A DNA stretch of 32,000 nt from Prochlorococcus marinus str. NATL2A (lineage in GTDB: Bacteria; Cyanobacteriota; Cyanobacteriia; PCC-6307; Cyanobiaceae), in assembly GCF_000012465.1 (NCBI RefSeq), contig NC_007335.2, forward strand, positions 1,710,001-1,742,000, given 5' to 3'. The position numbers and the translations under genes were made by a program. Shown here piece after piece: positions 27,101-32,000 of this stretch; the first letter of the stretch is position 1, and every line of letters begins with the position of its first letter. A model generated the notes under the pieces. That model did no database searches and was not told the DNA's origin. It worked only from the letters and a program-made list of their open reading frames with translations.

Positions 27101-27156
27101 ATTTATCTTGATCTGGTAAAAAAATAATTTTAGCCTGAACCGTTAATAAATTATTA
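27101..27156 (+). repeat. Orphan copy of the last 27 nt plus the 3' flank of the TPR-GT41 genes (gene remnant / recombination scar)
   Basis: 27101-27147 (atttatcttgatctggtaaaaaaataattttagcctgaaccgttaat) is identical to 21745-21791 and 24828-24874. With one mismatch it continues to 27156, matching the copy-1 flank (caattatta). It lies between two minus-strand sugar genes. Confidence 0.85.
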
Positions 27157-27227
27157 TCAATAGTGAGCATTTTATAATAATTTTCGTTTTAGAAGCTTAA
27201 AAAATTTATATATAAATCACTATAAAT

Positions 27228-28262
27228 TTAATCACTAATACTCAAAAAGTTCTGATTATCTAGGTACCATCTCACTGTAAAATCTATAGCCTCATAAAAA
27301 TCGTATTTAGGAGACCATTTTAATTCGTTAATTATTTTATTATTATCTATCGCATATCTAAGATCATGTCCGGCTCTGTCTTTAACAAATTTTTTAAATC
27401 GTATATGTGGTGCATTACTTTTTTTATATAAATCCAAATAATCACAGACAATGTTAACTATCTCCTCATTCGTTTTTAGTTGTCTACTACCTATACAATA
27501 TGAATCTCCCAATCTACCTTTTAACATTACTTGAATTAATGCATCCACGTGGTCCTCTACGAATATCCAATCTCGAACATTCTGTCCGTTACCGTAAAGC
27601 GGTATGGATTTACTATTTAAAGCATTATTTATAATCACTGGTATTAATTTCTCAGGATATTGCCATGGTCCAAAATTATTACAGGAATTAGTAATAATTG
27701 CCGGAAATCCATAGGTGTTGCTCCAAGCTTTTACTAAATGATCACTAGCAGCTTTTGTAGCAGAATATGGACTTCTTGGATCATATGAAGTTGTCTCTGA
27801 AAAGAAAAAGCCTTCTTTAATTGATCCAAAAACTTCATCTGTGCTTACATGAATAAGTCTAAAGCTATTCTGTCTATTTATAGACATTAATTCCCAATGA
27901 GTTCGTAATTCTTGTAATAAATTGAAAGTTCCGATTATATTACTATCAAGAAAATCTTTAGGTTTAGAAATTGATTTATCTACATGACTTTCAGCTGCTA
28001 AATGAAAAACCAAATCTGGATTACTAAATCTTATTGCATTTTTTGTATCTTCTATATTGAACAAATCAACATTAAGAAAATGATATTTATTTGAATCGAT
28101 ATGCTCATCAAAAACTTTAAGGTTACTTGCATAATTTATTTTATCTAAATTATATATTTTCAAGGTTGTCTCTCGTAGTAATCTAGAAATAAGATTAGTA
28201 CCTATAAAACCAGACCCTCCTGTAATTAGGATAGAATTTATATTTTCAGGAAAAAGATTCAT
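27228..28262 (-). CDS. rfbB: dTDP-glucose 4,6-dehydratase
   Basis: ILITGGSGFIGTNL, HVSTDEVFGS, SPYSATKAASDHLVKAW, CNNFGPWQYPEKLIP, GNGQNVRDWIFVEDH. Confidence 0.9.
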   Translation of the reverse strand: MNLFPENINSILITGGSGFIGTNLISRLLRETTLKIYNLDKINYASNLKVFDEHIDSNKYHFLNVDLFNIEDTKNAIRFSNPDLVFHLAAESHVDKSISKPKDFLDSNIIGTFNLLQELRTHWELMSINRQNSFRLIHVSTDEVFGSIKEGFFFSETTSYDPRSPYSATKAASDHLVKAWSNTYGFPAIITNSCNNFGPWQYPEKLIPVIINNALNSKSIPLYGNGQNVRDWIFVEDHVDALIQVMLKGRLGDSYCIGSRQLKTNEEIVNIVCDYLDLYKKSNAPHIRFKKFVKDRAGHDLRYAIDNNKIINELKWSPKYDFYEAIDFTVRWYLDNQNFLSISD

Positions 28263-28300
28263 CAGCTAACTTTTGATTTTTTATTATGAAAAAAATTAAA

Positions 28301-29191
28301 TTATTTATTGCTTTCTAAAATTTCATTAAGATACTCTCCATATCTTGAATATTCCAAAGTGTTTGCAAGATTAACAACTTGATTCCTATCAATCCAACCT
28401 TGTCTAAAAGCAACTTCTTCTGGACATCCTATCATTAATCCTTGTCTTGATTGAATTGTTTTTATATATAATGATGCATCAAGGAAAGAATCAAAAGTAC
28501 CAGCATCAAACCATGACATACCTCGCCCAAGCAGTTCAACTTTAAGGAGATTATCCCTTATATAACTATTATTTAGTGAAGTTACTTCTAGCTCGTTTCT
28601 AGATGAATAATTTAATTTCCTAATTCTATCAAAAACAGAGTTATCGTAAAAGTATAATCCAGTAATAGCAAAATTACTCTTTGGAATCTTCGGTTTTTCA
28701 TCTATAGTGAGAACATCTCCATTAGTATCAATATCTACAACTCCATAACGCTCCGGATCACTTACTTGATAGGCGAATATAGTAGAACCTTTATCAAATG
28801 AATCTGAAATTTTCCAAAGATTGTATAAATTATTACCATGAAAGATATTATCTCCTAAAATAATTACCGTATGACTTTGACCAACAAATTCTTCACCCAA
28901 TAATATTGCATCAGCAATACCTTTTGGTTCCTCTTGAATTGAATATTGTATATTTATACCCCACTTACCACCATCACCTAAAAGCTTATTGTATGATTCT
29001 ATTGAACTTTTTAATGTAATAATTAAAATATCCTTGATGCCACCCAACATTAATGTAGTCAATGGATAGTAAATCATTGGCTTATCATATAACAAAAACA
29101 GATGCTTATTAGTAGAGTAAGTAGAAGGTAAAAGCCTTTTACCAATCCCTCCAGCTATAATGATTCCTTTACGTTGAGATTGACTTTGCAA
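28301..29191 (-). CDS. rfbA: Glucose-1-phosphate thymidylyltransferase
   Basis: TTG start. KGIIIAGGIGKRLLP...YDKPMIYYPLTTLMLGGIKDILIIT, ILGDNIF, ERYGVV, AITGLYFYD, GMSWFDAGT. The N-terminal loop is GGIGKRL rather than the usual GGSGTRL. Confidence 0.85.
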   Translation of the reverse strand: MQSQSQRKGIIIAGGIGKRLLPSTYSTNKHLFLLYDKPMIYYPLTTLMLGGIKDILIITLKSSIESYNKLLGDGGKWGINIQYSIQEEPKGIADAILLGEEFVGQSHTVIILGDNIFHGNNLYNLWKISDSFDKGSTIFAYQVSDPERYGVVDIDTNGDVLTIDEKPKIPKSNFAITGLYFYDNSVFDRIRKLNYSSRNELEVTSLNNSYIRDNLLKVELLGRGMSWFDAGTFDSFLDASLYIKTIQSRQGLMIGCPEEVAFRQGWIDRNQVVNLANTLEYSRYGEYLNEILESNK

Positions 29192-30178
29192 TTTAAATCT
29201 CTAGTTATTATTTATTATATATTACCGTAACGATTGCCCTATTTCTCTAGCTTTTCTTTGATATAAATTTTAATTAAGGCTCTAAGATTTATTGATTTTT
29301 TTTTTTTAAGATTTATGATTGGTACCAAGTAGACTTAATATAAAATTAAACTTGGCCAGTTTAAAAAATTGAAGCATCTCGTAAGAAATACTTTTTACTT
29401 ATATTTATCAAGATTCATCTTGTGTATTTTAGGTGGCCACTCTAGAGCGCTTAACTTAATATTAGCAATGGTTTTAGCATGGGCAAATTTAAATATATCT
29501 GATTGCAATTACTGACAATATTTAAACATATCTAGCTATGCGATAGATCCTCAAAGATTAGCGATTCTCTGTTATAAATTGAGTTTTATAACGCTCCCTT
29601 AAGGATTTTACGGGGGGCCCACTTTAGAAGAGCGTTGAGATTCCTATCTAATATTCTGATATAACAAGACTTGGGGCTAAATATTGAACAGTAATTCGCG
29701 AAATGCCCTTGGCAATGTTTATCAAAGCAATACTATAGATGACTATGTCCTTGCATCCTTTCTGTATGCACACTTCGGGATTGAATATCGATTTCGGAAT
29801 TAGGCTTGAATGCACTTCCATTAGCTGAAGGGAATTCAAGTAAGGAAAAAAACTTACCAACAAAAGATATCAAACTTTGAATAGTCTTAATAAGGAAACC
29901 AACGACGAGCATTACTGGCGATTTGCAAGGAGAGTGTTAGTTAAGGTATCTTCCGCAATAATGGGAAAACTAGGACCTCAAGAAAAAAAATACATGTTAA
30001 AGAGCTAACAAATAGTAATTACGCTGTCATACCTGACTACACATGCTCAGTAGATACAACAAGATTACAAAGAAATGAAAATAAATATGTATAGCTTATT
30101 AATAATTAAAATTAACTTAAAATCAATCAGATGAGATTTTCATCAATCATACTAGAATATAAAATTATCTAGTAAGTC

Positions 30179-31090
30179 ATGAGCTCAAAGTTTAAATCAA
30201 GCAAACTTTGGCAGTCAATTTGCAAAAACAATCTCAACAAGCTTAACGATTCTAATATAAGTTCATTCAGGGATATTGGTAATATAAACAATAGAATTTG
30301 CTCCTGGGATCCAACTGAAAGCTCAACTAGATATTTTAAAACACTTTTAATGCGTTTTATTTGGGATTTAGAGCAAAAATCAATAGATCAAAACCTAGAC
30401 ATGAAGCAATTTATTGCAAATATTAAAAACCAACAATTAGGATCACCTATATATATTAATTATTTTGATTTTAAAATTTCCCTTGATTATGCACTTTGTC
30501 TTGAAGAAATATTGTTTCTAAATAAATCAATGACTGGAGTTTCAAAGATTCTTGAAATTGGAGCTGGTTTCGGAAGAACATGCCATGCATTATTGTCAAA
30601 TTTTGATGAAATTAATCAATATATAATCTGTGATTTACCTCCAATAATTAACTTAGCAAAGAATTATCTATATAAAGTTCTAAATGAACATCAATTCAAA
30701 AAAATCATTTTCATAAGTAACGAAATGCTCGAAAGTGCAGATCCTGTTGATTTAACTATTAATATAAACTCTTTTCAAGAGATGGAGTCAGATGTTATTA
30801 ACAATTATATAAAATTTATTGCTAAAAAATCTAGAGCTTTTTTTTGTAAAAATCCCATATGCAAATATGATCCAAATAGCATAAATCTAAAAATTAAAGA
30901 TAAGAATGAGTTTGAATACGCTATGAAATTAGGTCTTTGTAAAGATATAGTTGATATATTTGATCCAAATCAATTACAAATTGCTGCAGCAAAATACGTT
31001 GCTTTATATAGACCAAAAAACTTTAAAATAGAAAGAAATGAAAGATCAAAATTATGGCCCCAACATCATAGTGTGTTATATCTGAAATAA
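30179..31090 (+). CDS. Putative SAM-dependent (sugar O-) methyltransferase
   Basis: Motif I-like ILEIGAGFGRTCHALL, followed by an acidic ICDL motif II-like segment. It sits in a deoxysugar context. The family-level call is tentative. Confidence 0.5.
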   Translation: MSSKFKSSKLWQSICKNNLNKLNDSNISSFRDIGNINNRICSWDPTESSTRYFKTLLMRFIWDLEQKSIDQNLDMKQFIANIKNQQLGSPIYINYFDFKISLDYALCLEEILFLNKSMTGVSKILEIGAGFGRTCHALLSNFDEINQYIICDLPPIINLAKNYLYKVLNEHQFKKIIFISNEMLESADPVDLTININSFQEMESDVINNYIKFIAKKSRAFFCKNPICKYDPNSINLKIKDKNEFEYAMKLGLCKDIVDIFDPNQLQIAAAKYVALYRPKNFKIERNERSKLWPQHHSVLYLK

Positions 31091-31168
31091 TAACATTGTT
31101 TTCCTTTAATAAAAATCTTGAGACGATAAATAAATTTTCAATGTTATAAGGTTATTTTTGATTTCATT

Positions 31169-32000
31169 TTATTTGCTTAGTCCCTTCATAACATGGGATA
31201 AAGAATCTCTCCAATGAAGTGGCTTCATCTTTAGAGCATTCATTGTGGCAAAGCAATCGAGCACAGAATAATTAGGTCGCTTAGCAAGGGTTTTGTAGTT
31301 TTTTGATTGTATCGGCTCAATTCTTAATGGGTTTTGAAATAAATCAAGCTCAATCGCAATTTCACTTATTGCTATGGCAAAGTCATACCAACTAGCGACA
31401 CCAGCATCGCTAAAATGCAAAATCTTAGGAGTATATATTTTACTGCTTACCATAATTGAACGTAAAACAGCAATAGCCAAATTCTTGGTCGATGTAGGTG
31501 AGCCAATTTGATCAGAGACAACCTTTAAAGTTCTAGGTTTATCAGATTCTTCAGAATGTAGGTGTATCATTTTTAGAAGAAAATTATTGCCTACTGGTCC
31601 ATATACCCAACCACTTCGGATTACTATACCTTTATCATAAGCTAAAACAAATTCTTCCCCTCTCGCCTTACTCTTTCCATAAACACACAGTGGCTGTATT
31701 AGGTCAGAAGTTTTATATGGCGAGCTTTGATCGCCATTGAAAACATAATCTGAACTTATTTGAATTATTTGTCCACCATATTTAGTCAAAGCCTCGACAA
31801 ATGCAGCTGGAGCTTGAGCATTTACCTGATATGCAATATTTGGCTCTGTCTCAGCCTTCTCAACATTTGTGTATGCTCCAGCATTTATTACCCAATCAGG
31901 TTTGTGATATTCGACGATAGATTTACATGCATCGTAATCAACTAGATCTAATTCCTCTCTAGTGCATTGAATAATTTCAAGAGACATTTGAGTTGAAAAG
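31169..32000 (-). CDS. rfbD: dTDP-4-dehydrorhamnose reductase (5' end runs off the window)
   Basis: DWVINAGAYTNVEKAE, ISSDYVFNG, VYGKSKARGE and RSGWVYGP are RmlD signatures. The frame stays open upstream of the listed Met to base 32000 (..FSTQMSLEII..). The N-terminal Rossmann motif is missing, so the true start lies outside the window. Confidence 0.85.
   Translation of the reverse strand, partial: FSTQMSLEIIQCTREELDLVDYDACKSIVEYHKPDWVINAGAYTNVEKAETEPNIAYQVNAQAPAAFVEALTKYGGQIIQISSDYVFNGDQSSPYKTSDLIQPLCVYGKSKARGEEFVLAYDKGIVIRSGWVYGPVGNNFLLKMIHLHSEESDKPRTLKVVSDQIGSPTSTKNLAIAVLRSIMVSSKIYTPKILHFSDAGVASWYDFAIAISEIAIELDLFQNPLRIEPIQSKNYKTLAKRPNYSVLDCFATMNALKMKPLHWRDSLSHVMKGLSK

Noticed and set aside
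29432-29455. A tRNA-like string (ggtggccactctagagcgcttaac, reminiscent of a D-arm TAGAGCGC)
   Set aside because: I could not fold an acceptor stem, an anticodon arm or a T-arm (no GTTCRA motif) around it. A similar string recurs at 29614-29639, so it is more likely a degenerate repeat.
29648-29863. A 71-aa minus-strand ORF (TTG start) as a real gene
   Set aside because: It has no convincing family motif and a non-ATG start. It overlaps another 58-codon frame and continues into stop-interrupted sequence. I treat it as possible gene debris within the non-coding gap finding.
1-32000. Prophage, transposon, integrase, toxin-antitoxin or known defence-system genes that could define a mobile island
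   Set aside because: No translated ORF shows recombinase, transposase, nuclease/helicase-type defence or phage structural motifs that I can recognise. Island character rests only on composition shifts, paralogy and the orphan repeat.

Overview
The window is AT-rich. Hand-sampled lines in most genes run roughly 15-35% G+C. Gene content and codon style look like a cell-envelope hypervariable island of a marine picocyanobacterium (Prochlorococcus-like), but the taxon is inference only.

Left to right:
- The 3' end of gmd.
- A plus-strand block of five genes: a serralysin-like Zn-metalloprotease with DUF4214 repeats, a 60-aa coiled-coil ORF, a parvulin-type PPIase-like protein, a cyclic-nucleotide-binding / C39-like / ABC type I secretion (T1SS) ATPase, and its HlyD adaptor.
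- Converging on that block, a giant repeat-protein gene that is compositionally different (about 37-53% G+C in sampled lines), Thr/Gly/Ala/Asp-rich and apparently Cys-free. It is one 4,947-nt reading frame broken by a single in-frame TAG (1037 aa + 606 aa).
- Glycan genes: a short gmd paralogue; a 1219-aa three-domain GT4 glycosyltransferase with an adjacent methyltransferase/coiled-coil protein (a WbdA/WbdD-like pairing); a GNAT; and two tandem TPR + GT41 (O-GlcNAc-transferase/SPINDLY-like) paralogues with 8 vs 12 TPRs and a 257-bp identical 3' end.
- A PseB/CapD-like dehydratase with an RmlD-like reductase, then rfbB, rfbA, a ~1-kb gene-free gap, a putative sugar methyltransferase, and rfbD, which runs off the window.

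I could not support any rRNA, tRNA, CRISPR array, transposase or integrase. The most interesting candidate system is the cyclic-nucleotide-domain T1SS, the co-encoded protease, the split giant surface protein, and the nearby candidate protein glycosyltransferases. All family calls come from motif recognition by eye; no searches were run.
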